Assembly (NCBI GenBank): GCA_035630815.1 | Contig: DASQJY010000028.1 | Coordinates: forward strand, 264,187 to 328,186 | DNA from: Thermoanaerobaculia bacterium | Lineage (GTDB): Bacteria; Acidobacteriota; Thermoanaerobaculia; Gp7-AA8 | DNA length: 64,000 nucleotides | Reading direction: 5' to 3' | Part shown: positions 9,532-17,580 of the stretch, one piece after another | How the letters are laid out: every line of letters starts with the position of its first letter | How positions within the stretch are numbered: position 1 is the first letter of the stretch | The notes under the pieces: generated by a model | Seen by the model: only the letters and a program-made list of their open reading frames with translations | What the model was told of the DNA's origin: nothing | Databases searched by the model: none | Program-made: the position numbers and the translations under genes

Positions 9532-10211
9532 GCGGCCTTCCCCTCTGTCGCTTCCTGAAACGAGACCAGCTCCGCCGACCCGCCCAGGAAGCGCTCGATG
9601 AGCTCTACGAGCAGCCAGGCACCGGCGAGAAGATCCGCTGAGCCGATCGCGCGGTTACCCTGAATGAAAAAGATGACGTCGCGTGTGTCGGAAACAACCT
9701 TTGTGAAGTCACATTGAAGGACTTCCATCCGGCAGACGATGCGGTGATCGGGATCGACGTATCCGTATTCACCTGCGCACGTGCGCGACTCGGCGCCTTC
9801 CAATGGCTGAAAGACATCAGCTTCACTCAGGTGACGGAGTGTAATGGGCGTTCTGATCTTCGCCATGTCATGAGCGCCGATCGATAGCAACGTTTTCGCA
9901 GAAACGATGTTATAGCAGTCGACGACGGGCCCCGCCACCGTCAGGTCTTCGTGCCGCTTCACGTACTGTAAGAGCTTGTGAGGAGCGGAAAGCTCATCCC
10001 GGACGCCGAACAGTTGGTGGACGCGTTCGTACTCTGCCAGAACGGGATGAGAAGACAGTGACACCTTTTTCCACTGCTCGGCGAGCTGTTGCCCGGTTTT
10101 GCGGCGATAGTCAATCAACGCGGACGGAGTCCCGTCCTGGCTCACACCGCGGCCTACGACCACGGCGGTTGACAAGCCAAGACGTAGGAGATCCGGCGAA
10201 ATGTCGAGCAT
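9528..10211 (-). CDS. B3/B4 tRNA-binding domain protein (PheT B3/4-like, stand-alone)
   Basis: PVVDCYNIVSAKTLLSIGAHD...ITLRHLSEADVFQPLEG...GEYGYVD pattern of the B3_4 domain. The internal ATG at 10211 abuts the metK stop. Confidence 0.7.
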   Translation of the reverse strand: MLDISPDLLRLGLSTAVVVGRGVSQDGTPSALIDYRRKTGQQLAEQWKKVSLSSHPVLAEYERVHQLFGVRDELSAPHKLLQYVKRHEDLTVAGPVVDCYNIVSAKTLLSIGAHDMAKIRTPITLRHLSEADVFQPLEGAESRTCAGEYGYVDPDHRIVCRMEVLQCDFTKVVSDTRDVIFFIQGNRAIGSADLLAGAWLLVELIERFLGGSAELVSFQEATEGKAA

Positions 10212-11443
10212 CAGATCTGGAACGGTTTTTCCCACGGAAAGATATCGCGTCCGTAATGCCCATAAGACGCTGTCTGGTAGTAACTCCAACCGTCCGGCTT
10301 CAGCAGTCCGAGCCGCTCAATGATCGCTTTGGGAGACAGTGGCGAGTGATCCTTGGTGTCGTTAAGCTTCAGGGCGTCTCTGACTTTCTGCGCGATATCG
10401 ACGCCTTCTTCATTCACCACCGTAAACATCTCCGGCTTGTGTTGGCCGATTCCGTACGCGAGGCTCACCGTGCACTGGCGCGCGCCTTCGATCTTGTGCT
10501 GAATCACTGCCTTGGCTATGTGGCGGCACATGTACGCGGCGCTGCGATCGACCTTTGACGGGTCTTTCCCAGAATAGGCTCCGCCGCCCACGGGAACGCG
10601 AGGACCATAGGCATCAATGACGATCTTGCGCCCGACCACGCCCGCATCGCCTGTCGGTCCGCCGACGACAAACCGTCCCGTTCCGTTGACGCGGACATCG
10701 CTCACCTCTCCGACGACGGGAACAACAACATGCTGCCGCAACTGCCTGTCCATCTCCTCGGAAGTAATGTCGGGAGAGTGCTGCGCGGCGATAATCACAC
10801 TCTGCACGGCTCCGTCGGCATCGATCGTGACTTGCGTTTTGCAGTCGGAGCGCAGCCACGCAAGCGTGCCGTCTTTGCGCAGGTCGTGCAGCTTCCGGCA
10901 GAGGTCCCGCGCGAGGACCCACTCCTTCGGCATGAGCTCGGGCGTCTCATCGGTGGCATACCCGACCATGATCCCCTGATCGCCCGCGCCACCTTCATTG
11001 ACGCCGGTGCCCTGATCTTCGGTCCGTTTCTCGCCGCCCTTTCCGATGTCCTTCGACTGCGCGCGGATGTGATTGATGACGGTCAGCTCGCCGTTGATCT
11101 GATCCGCGTCGTCGGCGCCGAATCCTCCACTCCACACGTCGCCGTAGCCGACGTCCTTCCAGACCTGGCGAGCGAGAGTGATAATGTCGAGCCCCGCGCG
11201 GATCGACGGCGTCAGCTTCACCTCGCCGGAGACGACCAGAAGGTTGTCTTTGACCAGACACTCGATCGCCGTGCGGATGTGCCTCACTGCTGACTGCTGA
11301 AGGTTCCCCGGTGGGTTGTCCTTGTCTTGCTTAGTAGCGCCGGCGAGGACTTCATCGAGAATCCGATCCGCAACCTGATCGCAGAATTTGTCAGGATGCC
11401 CTTCCGAGACATGCTCCGCAGTTCTCGCAGTTCGTTGAATCAT
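10211..11443 (-). CDS. metK: S-adenosylmethionine synthetase
   Basis: GHPDKFCDQVADRILD, GAGDQGIMVGYA, GGGAYSGKDPSKVDRSAAYM. An SD-like AAGGAGAG lies upstream of the ATG. Confidence 0.97.
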   Translation of the reverse strand: MIQRTARTAEHVSEGHPDKFCDQVADRILDEVLAGATKQDKDNPPGNLQQSAVRHIRTAIECLVKDNLLVVSGEVKLTPSIRAGLDIITLARQVWKDVGYGDVWSGGFGADDADQINGELTVINHIRAQSKDIGKGGEKRTEDQGTGVNEGGAGDQGIMVGYATDETPELMPKEWVLARDLCRKLHDLRKDGTLAWLRSDCKTQVTIDADGAVQSVIIAAQHSPDITSEEMDRQLRQHVVVPVVGEVSDVRVNGTGRFVVGGPTGDAGVVGRKIVIDAYGPRVPVGGGAYSGKDPSKVDRSAAYMCRHIAKAVIQHKIEGARQCTVSLAYGIGQHKPEMFTVVNEEGVDIAQKVRDALKLNDTKDHSPLSPKAIIERLGLLKPDGWSYYQTASYGHYGRDIFPWEKPFQI

Positions 11444-11671
11444 TCAATCTCTCCTTAGAGGCGTTCGCCTCCGCTCCGCTTGCTGGCGCGTTTCTATCTT
11501 GGCGTGTTGTCGAACCGATGGACAGCACTACTCCTAATCGTCGTGGCGACGAATCGCTGACCTCTCTAGTATGGAGTGACGCAGCGGCAGAATTCCCTAC
11601 CCGTCGCGATGAAGATTTACATCGGGCCGTCCATTTTTCGCGCGCCTAAAGTGTGATAATCCTTCCCCACG

Positions 11672-12703
11672 ATGAACCCTCGCGGGACACTCTCCCCCGG
11701 CCAGAGCGCCACGGCGCAATTTCCGATCGTCGGCGAAAGGGAAGCGGCGCCATGGACAGGTGGCGAGTGGTCTCTGCGGGTCGATGGGTTAGTGGTGCGT
11801 CTACTGACTCTCGCGCTACCGGAGTTGCTGCGCCTGCCGCGGTCGGAACGGACATGGGACACGATCTGTGTCACCGGCTGGACTCATTTTGGTCATCACT
11901 GGGGCGGTGTGATGCTGTCCGACGTCCTTGCAGTCGCACAGCCGCTTCCGGACGCGCGCTTCGTGCGGTTCGTCGCTCACTCGCCTAGGAATCACGACAC
12001 GTCGCTGACACTCGAGTACGCGAGTGAGCACGTGATGCTTGCGTATGACCTCGATGGGCAGCCACTCCCAGTGGACCACGGCGGACCTCTCCGCTCCGTC
12101 TGCGAAGGGAAGTACTTCTACAAGAGCGTGAAGTGGCTGACGCGTATCGAGCTGCTGGCAGAGGATGAGCCGGGGTATTGGGAACGAGACTCGGCCTACC
12201 ACAACGAGGCGGATCCCTGGAAGGAGCAGCGGTACGATCCGAAGCCGCTTCCGGAGGCGGAATTCGCGCGTCGTGTTCGCGAGCGAGACTTCAGCGGCGC
12301 ATTCGCAATCGTGGACGAGAAGTTCAAGACGCTGACCGGCACCGACCTCTCGGATTGCAACTTCGAAGGAGCGCGCATCAAGGCATGCAGGTTCCTGCGT
12401 GTGACCTTGCGCCGAGCCCGAGCCACGGGCGGAAACTTCACCCGCTGCATCTTCATCGATTCAGATCTTCGAGACGCGGATCTCTCGCGATGTGATCTTG
12501 AGGGAGCTGATTTTCGAGGAGCGGATCTGCGCGGCGCCGATTTGCGAGAAACGTTTCTGACTGCCACGCAATTCGCGGACAGACATCGCGAGACCAAGAT
12601 TGAAGGCGCTCGCCTCCTCAGGTCAGATATCGACAAAGCAGGACTCGGAGATGACGATCGAGCGTTTCTGCTGAACGCAGCGAACGGCGCGATCTTCGAC
12701 TGA
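11672..12703 (+). CDS. molybdopterin-binding oxidoreductase domain (sulfite-oxidase/MsrP-like) fused to pentapeptide repeats
   Basis: ICVTGWTHFGHHWGGVMLSDVL and YDLDGQPLPVDHGGPLRSVCEGKYFYKSVKWLTRIELL (Oxidored_molyb pattern). C-terminal DLSRCDLEGADFRGADLRGADLRE pentapeptide repeats. Confidence 0.85.
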   Translation: MNPRGTLSPGQSATAQFPIVGEREAAPWTGGEWSLRVDGLVVRLLTLALPELLRLPRSERTWDTICVTGWTHFGHHWGGVMLSDVLAVAQPLPDARFVRFVAHSPRNHDTSLTLEYASEHVMLAYDLDGQPLPVDHGGPLRSVCEGKYFYKSVKWLTRIELLAEDEPGYWERDSAYHNEADPWKEQRYDPKPLPEAEFARRVRERDFSGAFAIVDEKFKTLTGTDLSDCNFEGARIKACRFLRVTLRRARATGGNFTRCIFIDSDLRDADLSRCDLEGADFRGADLRGADLRETFLTATQFADRHRETKIEGARLLRSDIDKAGLGDDDRAFLLNAANGAIFD

Positions 12704-12871
12704 TCACGAAGCGCGATTACTCATCGGGCGGAAGCTTCGTCAGCGTGGTGCCAGCACGCAGCCTGTTTGCTGCTGGATGACGAGAAGCTTCGCGACAAAC
12801 ATCGGATTTCGTTGCGTCCGCCCGTCGCCTAGGTATTGACGTTTTCCCGGAAAAGCGTGCGTTCGCCGCGC

Positions 12872-13597
12872 TTACTGTTGCCCATCGGTGCGCGCGATTT
12901 CGCGTGAGCGCAGCGTCGCGCGGTAGCGGGCTTCGCGGCGCTTGTTCGTGATACGGAAGTAGATGAGCGTCGAGGAGATGTCGCGGTGGCCGAGCCAGTC
13001 CTGTACGTCCGCGACGTCCCATCCGGCATTCGCGAGATGGACTCCGATCGAGTGGCGGAGAACGTGGACATGACAACGATCAGGCGGCAATCCCGCGGTG
13101 ACTGCGTAGCCGTGAAAGAGTCGATTGATCTCTCCGCCTGACAGCGGTGCAGCCGTTCGTCGACGACCGCGAAAGAGGTACGTACTTTTGTCGCCGCATC
13201 GAAGTGCCAAATAGCGGCGCAGCAGCCGTGCACTTCGCGGGTGGAGCGGGTACGCGTTGGAAGCGCCATGTTTGATCCGGGCGATCCAGACCTTCCCGCC
13301 GCGCACGTCGTCGAGCGTGAGGAGAGCTGCCTCAGTTCGCCGTAAGCCGTGCCGGTAGATGAGGTCGAAGAGCAGAACGTCGCGGATGTTGCTCTCCGGG
13401 ATCGCGCGGAAGAACCGTTCGACCTCCTGCTTCGTGAGGTACTTGATCGCCTCCTGCTCGCGCCGCCGAACGGCCATTCCGTGACGTCTCGCACGGCCGG
13501 CGATTCTGACGCTTTTCCGGGAAGGCATGCGTTCGGGGGGAAGGCTGCGGAGGGAGGCACTTTCCAGTTTGCGGCTCCTCCAGAGACCTGTAAACAC
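12872..13597 (-). CDS. short tyrosine recombinase (phage-integrase catalytic domain, little or no N-terminal core-binding domain)
   Basis: GLRRTEAALL (Arg), KHGASN, HVLRHSIGVHLANAG (HxxR), WLGHRDISSTLIYFR (His/Tyr). Alternative start at the MAVRRRE methionine. Confidence 0.85.
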   Translation of the reverse strand: MFTGLWRSRKLESASLRSLPPERMPSRKSVRIAGRARRHGMAVRRREQEAIKYLTKQEVERFFRAIPESNIRDVLLFDLIYRHGLRRTEAALLTLDDVRGGKVWIARIKHGASNAYPLHPRSARLLRRYLALRCGDKSTYLFRGRRRTAAPLSGGEINRLFHGYAVTAGLPPDRCHVHVLRHSIGVHLANAGWDVADVQDWLGHRDISSTLIYFRITNKRREARYRATLRSREIARTDGQQ

Positions 13598-13635
13598 CGC
13601 CGCCGCGAACGCGAGCGTCAGCAGGTAGCCGAATC

Positions 13636-14325
13636 ATGCGACGACGAGGACGAGATTCGGTGCGGCGCGAAAAGACTCCTAAACGAGGCGTCACCGATCG
13701 CGCGCTCATCCGCGAGCTGTTCATTCAACGCGTGCCGCTCTACTCGTTCGCCGATGCGCTCCGGCTCACGCGAATGACGCAGGCGGAGATCGACGGAGCG
13801 CTCGCCGTCGGTGGCATCGCGACGGAGCGATACGGCGAGCGCGTGGTCATTCCGTGGGAGGACGTCGCGCGGCTCGCGCTCGACCATTGGACACCGCGCA
13901 TGATCAATGGCGCGCTCGGCTCCACCGACCGTCTCCCCGTCATTCCGCTCCTGAATCGCGTCCAGCAGATCGAGGTGTTCCTGCCGGTCTATCAGGTCCG
14001 GCTGCTCCACTACCTCGCCGAAGCCGAGCGGGGACAATTCCGCGCACGCCTGAACGCGAGCGATGTCCTCGAACGGCACCTCCTCGATCTCGCAAGCGCC
14101 GTCAACGCGGACGAGATCGAGATCGCCATACCGGGCTTCCGCATGGCGCTCCACTACCCCTACTTCATCTCGCGCGAGGACGACTGGTTTACCGCCTTCT
14201 GCTGGTACTGCGGCCGCGTGAGCGACGTGCCGGGCCGGCAGGTCTGCACGGATTGCCACGGCCGCCACGAGCCCCGGCCGCACCTCGGCGAAGACGGCAT
14301 CCCCGAACTGGATGAGGAGGAGTAA
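13636..14325 (+). CDS. hypothetical protein with excisionase/MerR-like HTH and C-terminal zinc ribbon
   Basis: LYSFADALRLTRMTQAEIDGALAVGGIATERYGERVVIPWEDVARL resembles HTH_17-type excisionase motifs. C-terminal CWYCG...CTDCHGRH. Divergent from the integrase. Preferred over the R/G-rich antisense ORF 13618-14904. Confidence 0.5.
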   Translation: MRRRGRDSVRREKTPKRGVTDRALIRELFIQRVPLYSFADALRLTRMTQAEIDGALAVGGIATERYGERVVIPWEDVARLALDHWTPRMINGALGSTDRLPVIPLLNRVQQIEVFLPVYQVRLLHYLAEAERGQFRARLNASDVLERHLLDLASAVNADEIEIAIPGFRMALHYPYFISREDDWFTAFCWYCGRVSDVPGRQVCTDCHGRHEPRPHLGEDGIPELDEEE

Positions 14326-14654
14326 TGCCGCGCGATCGGGACAAGCTCTACACAACAGGGCGCGGCGGGGTGACACCTCCCGAGTGGGATCAGGCGATGG
14401 ATCTCGTCTCGACGGGCGCGGTCCGCGACTTCCTCGAAGACCTGCTCGCGTATCTCGACGTGGGTCTGCCCGTCTCGCCGCTCGCGAACGACTGGATGCG
14501 CGAGCAAGCGGATCGCGCCGCGCAACTCGCAGAGCGGGGCATCGAGGAGATCGCACGCACGGCTGCTGCCCTCGAACGGATCGCCCGGCTCCTCGAACGC
14601 GCCGAGCAAGCCGCCCAAGAACGATCAACAGCAAAGGAGTCGCTGCATGAGTGA
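14325..14654 (+). CDS. hypothetical protein (helical/coiled-coil C-terminus)
   Basis: 109-aa ORF. Its ATG abuts the upstream stop and it overlaps the next gene by 8 nt. Confidence 0.4.
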   Translation: MPRDRDKLYTTGRGGVTPPEWDQAMDLVSTGAVRDFLEDLLAYLDVGLPVSPLANDWMREQADRAAQLAERGIEEIARTAAALERIARLLERAEQAAQERSTAKESLHE

Positions 14655-15090
14655 CGACCTTCAACTGACCCGCCGCGGGCTCTTCCACTTCATCACCACG
14701 TTCATCGCTACGGCCACGTTCGCGGCGCGTCGGCCACTGTTCACGGTGCCCCGCGAGAACGCTGTCGACGTCGAGATTATCGAGGACGAACCGCCTCCAC
14801 CGCGTCTCGGACGCTCGAAACTGACGAAGCTCGAAGTGTTCCTCAAGAGCCGCGGCATCAAGCCCGCGCACCTCGCGCGCGAGTCGGGCTACAGCCGGCA
14901 GCACCTCCTCCGTATCCGCACGGGGCGCATGGAGCCGACGCGTCGCTGCATGGTCGAAGTCGCGGCGGCGTGCGCGCGGCTCTCGCGTGAGCGCGTGACC
15001 GTCTCCGATCTTTTCGACCTCGTGCCAGTGTTGCGGCTCCTTCCGTCGCCACGAAGCAGTCGAGCGTTCATGGACGGAGGTGCGCGATGA
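14647..15090 (+). CDS. XRE-like HTH protein with Tat-signal-like/hydrophobic N-terminus
   Basis: KPAHLARESGYSRQHLLRIRTGRMEPTRRCMVEVAAA (HTH pattern). The N-terminus LTRRGLFHFITTFIATATFAA looks like a twin-arginine signal or membrane anchor. Confidence 0.55.
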   Translation: MSDDLQLTRRGLFHFITTFIATATFAARRPLFTVPRENAVDVEIIEDEPPPPRLGRSKLTKLEVFLKSRGIKPAHLARESGYSRQHLLRIRTGRMEPTRRCMVEVAAACARLSRERVTVSDLFDLVPVLRLLPSPRSSRAFMDGGAR

Positions 15091-15166
15091 CCCGCCGTCC
15101 GTCGCTCGGACTGCCGGAGCGGTTCAAGCGCGGCTGCGATCTCGCGGTTCCCCGGAGCGGGTGACA

Positions 15167-15583
15167 ATGCGAGATCCCGGTGACCTCCCGCTGGCGACCG
15201 TCGCGCTCACAGGTGTGCTCTCGCAGGGCGCCCCGATCGACGAGTCGAGCCTGCCGGAAGCGGCAGAAGTGCCCGCGGACCAGATCGACGCCCACGAGTA
15301 CGTCCTGCGCGTGAAGGGCACGAGCCTCCGTGCGTTCGGGATCGAGCCGGCCGACCTCCTCATCATCGAGCCGCGGCCGGAAGGCCGTGCGGCGACGGGC
15401 GAATTGGTGCTGGCGGAGCTCGGCGAGCGCGTCTTCCTCGGCCGCTGGTGGATGAAGCAGGGACGGCGCGTCCTCATGGACGCCGTCATCCAACCCATCA
15501 CCGAGAACGCCGATCTGCGCGTCATCGGCACCGTCACGGTGATCGTCCGGCATGAGACGCCGGGCGGGAGGAGACGGCAGTAG
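15167..15583 (+). CDS. S24 (LexA/UmuD/CI C-terminal)-like peptidase domain protein lacking a DNA-binding domain
   Basis: YVLRVKGTSLRAFGIEPADLLIIEPR...GELVLAEL...FLGRWWMKQG...RVIGTVTVIVR follows the S24 layout, with Ser in GTSL and Lys in MKQG. ATG at 15167 preceded by GGAGCGGG. Confidence 0.55.
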   Translation: MRDPGDLPLATVALTGVLSQGAPIDESSLPEAAEVPADQIDAHEYVLRVKGTSLRAFGIEPADLLIIEPRPEGRAATGELVLAELGERVFLGRWWMKQGRRVLMDAVIQPITENADLRVIGTVTVIVRHETPGGRRRQ

Positions 15584-15662
15584 ATCAAACCAAGGACCGC
15601 GCACGGCAGCGCCGCGCGCACGAAAGGCGCCTATGCGCGTCTGCAACCAGGAGGGAGATCAC

Positions 15663-16610
15663 ATGCTTGCGAGGAAGCCACGAAATCTCGATGACGGAGC
15701 ACGCTACGCCGTCCGATCCACACACAGCCGCATCGTGCCGCCGACATCGCGCACGTGGACGCTTGCGGTGCACGAAGCAGGGCACTGCATGATGGCGTAC
15801 CTCCTCGACCTCGGCATCAGCCGTGCCGTCATCCGGCCGGCGAACAGCACCGGGAACGTCTGGTGGCGTCACGCGGGACGACGCTATGAGCGCTTCCGCG
15901 ACGAGCCGTACAGCCGCGCGGTGATCGAAGCGGATGCGCTCGTGGCGCTCGCCGGCGCCGCGGCGCAGTGGCTCTACCGCGATGGTAGCGTGCGCGCCGT
16001 CGATCTCGGGCATGACGATCGCGTCGCAGCGTCCATCCTGCGCCAGCTCGAATCAGCGGATGTGGTGATCTCAAACTGGCGCGAGTACCTGCGCCAGCGT
16101 GCACTCCGCATGCTCTCGGAGCAGCGGCACCAAGCGCTCACGGCACGCCTTGCCGGTCTCTTCGTCGAGCGCGAGCGCCTGCGTGGAGAGGACATCTACA
16201 CCTTCCTCGAACACGAAGAGGCGCGCGTCGCTGAGTTCGTGCTGGACGGCACCGCCACGATCGAGGACTACGTGGGCCTCGTCGGCACCGACGCGTTTGC
16301 GCGACCGGTCGAGAGCCTGGGCCTTCCGAGTCGCGCGACGACGTGCCTGCGCGGTGCACGCATTACGACCATCGGCCAGCTCCTGCAGCACAGTTCCTAC
16401 GATCTCGCACCGGTCAAGGGACTCGGGAAGGACACGCTGCACAAGATCGAAGAAGCCGTCACCGCAGCAGGACTGGAACTCGCGAACTATCCGCGGAGCA
16501 ACTGCCGAGAGGTGTACTTCTCGGCCGCGAGTATCTACGCACGCGACGCCGAGTTCGCGCGAAGGAAACAGCGAAGCGTCGCCTCGGCACAGCAGGACGC
16601 GCTTGGGTGA
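15663..16610 (+). CDS. FtsH-type (M41-like) zinc-metalloprotease domain fused to an RNA-polymerase alpha C-terminal-domain-like HhH domain
   Basis: LAVHEAGHCMMAYLLDLGISRAVIRP...ALVALAGAAAQWLY aligns by eye to FtsH VAYHEAGHA...VTIIPRG...LYGGRLAEE. C-terminal PVESLGLPSRATTCLRGARITTIGQLLQ...VKGLGKDTLHKIEEAVTAAGLEL aligns to E. coli RpoA [28 protein letters not shown]...[21 protein letters not shown]. ATG preceded by GGAGGGAG. Confidence 0.7.
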   Translation: MLARKPRNLDDGARYAVRSTHSRIVPPTSRTWTLAVHEAGHCMMAYLLDLGISRAVIRPANSTGNVWWRHAGRRYERFRDEPYSRAVIEADALVALAGAAAQWLYRDGSVRAVDLGHDDRVAASILRQLESADVVISNWREYLRQRALRMLSEQRHQALTARLAGLFVERERLRGEDIYTFLEHEEARVAEFVLDGTATIEDYVGLVGTDAFARPVESLGLPSRATTCLRGARITTIGQLLQHSSYDLAPVKGLGKDTLHKIEEAVTAAGLELANYPRSNCREVYFSAASIYARDAEFARRKQRSVASAQQDALG

Positions 16611-16697
16611 CGGCGAGGCCAGCACGCGCCTTCGATCCCGACGATCCTCACTCGATGAGCGAGAGAGAACATAGAACCGAACGAAAGCCGAGGACCC

Positions 16698-16988
16698 ATG
16701 GCCAACCAGAACGCGATCATTACTGACACATGGTCGAATCCCGACTCGGAAGCGCTCTACCGGAATGAATGGCCGGACGAGCCGGCGATCCGAGCGCAGA
16801 AACTCGAAGGAGACCAGTGCGGCGGCTGCTCGTACTTCGCGCCCTTCAATCTCGATTTCGGATTATGCTGCCACCCAGCGTCGCGCCACTTCAGCGAAAC
16901 AGTGTTTGAGCACTTCACCTGCCCCGTCCTCCTCGCCGAAGGATGGGGTGCGCATAGCTTCGGCGCCATCGAGCTGGACGAGAAGTGA
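16698..16988 (+). CDS. Cys-rich small protein, DUF3027-like
   Basis: GDQCGGCSYFAPFNLDFGLCCHPASRHFSETVFEHFTCP matches my recollection of the DUF3027 pattern (CxxC...GxC...S...VFEHxxC). GAGGA lies upstream of the ATG. Confidence 0.55.
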   Translation: MANQNAIITDTWSNPDSEALYRNEWPDEPAIRAQKLEGDQCGGCSYFAPFNLDFGLCCHPASRHFSETVFEHFTCPVLLAEGWGAHSFGAIELDEK

Positions 16989-16998
16989 GGGCACCGGT

Positions 16999-17034
16999 TC
17001 GTGTTGAGACGACCGTCAACACGACTTGACGGTC
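16999..17034 (+). promoter_or_regulatory. two overlapping, mutually exclusive hairpins just downstream of the 16698-16988 gene
   Basis: tcgtgttga(16999-17007)/tcaacacga(17016-17024) and gaccgtcaa(17011-17019)/ttgacggtc(17026-17034), read directly from the sequence. No T-tract follows. Confidence 0.4.
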
Positions 17035-17580
17035 AGGGAGGCGTAACCCGCTCTACCACCGTGCGTTAGCTACCGCCGGATGGGGGGTATTAGGGACGAA
17101 AGTTCGGCCGAATGGACGAACTTCGTCCGAATGATTGCCGCCGCGTGAGAGGTGACGCTGACCGGGAAGCCGGCGAAGACTTCTCCAATCCACCCCGGAG
17201 GGCTCTCGATGGGTGCTCCTCCGGATGTGAAATGGAAGTACCTCGGCCACGGGCGTCCCTTCCCATCCCGCCTCTCCTCCGCGTCTCTGGCGTCCCTTGA
17301 CGACGCTCTCACGCGGTCGGTCACGACCTACTGAGACAGGCACCGTCGCGATCCGTCGGCACCTTGCGGCACCTCCTGGTGCCCGTGCCTCCCTCGGATC
17401 GCACCCGTGCGGACCTCTCCCGGATCTCCGTGCGCCGATCGCCTGAGGGCGTCGTCGAACGCCCTCCAGACGAAAGGAGGAGAACCTTGCGATTCACACC
17501 ACCACCCCGCTACCGCCGCTTGCCCCGCTGCCAGCTCACCCGCCACCGCACCCGCCGCGTGCGGAGAAAGGACACCCGCC

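Noticed and set aside
11444-11671. SAM-I riboswitch upstream of metK
   Set aside because: Only short fragments match. I could not build the P1 helix or find the conserved GGGA/kink-turn and GGUGCUAAAUCC elements. I kept it only as a low-interest 'unknown leader' finding.
12704-12871. attL/attR direct repeat of the tRNA-Gly 3' end at the distal island border
   Set aside because: By eye there is only a 9-nt match (cccgtcgcc, ~12820), and it is in inverted orientation relative to the tRNA. That is not sufficient, and a computational repeat search is needed.
13618-14904. 428-aa minus-strand ORF overlapping the plus-strand genes 13636-14654
   Set aside because: Its composition is dominated by R/A/G/P/E runs typical of antisense 'shadow' ORFs in high-GC DNA, with no motif. 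The plus-strand ORFs have HTH/zinc-ribbon motifs and coupled junctions.
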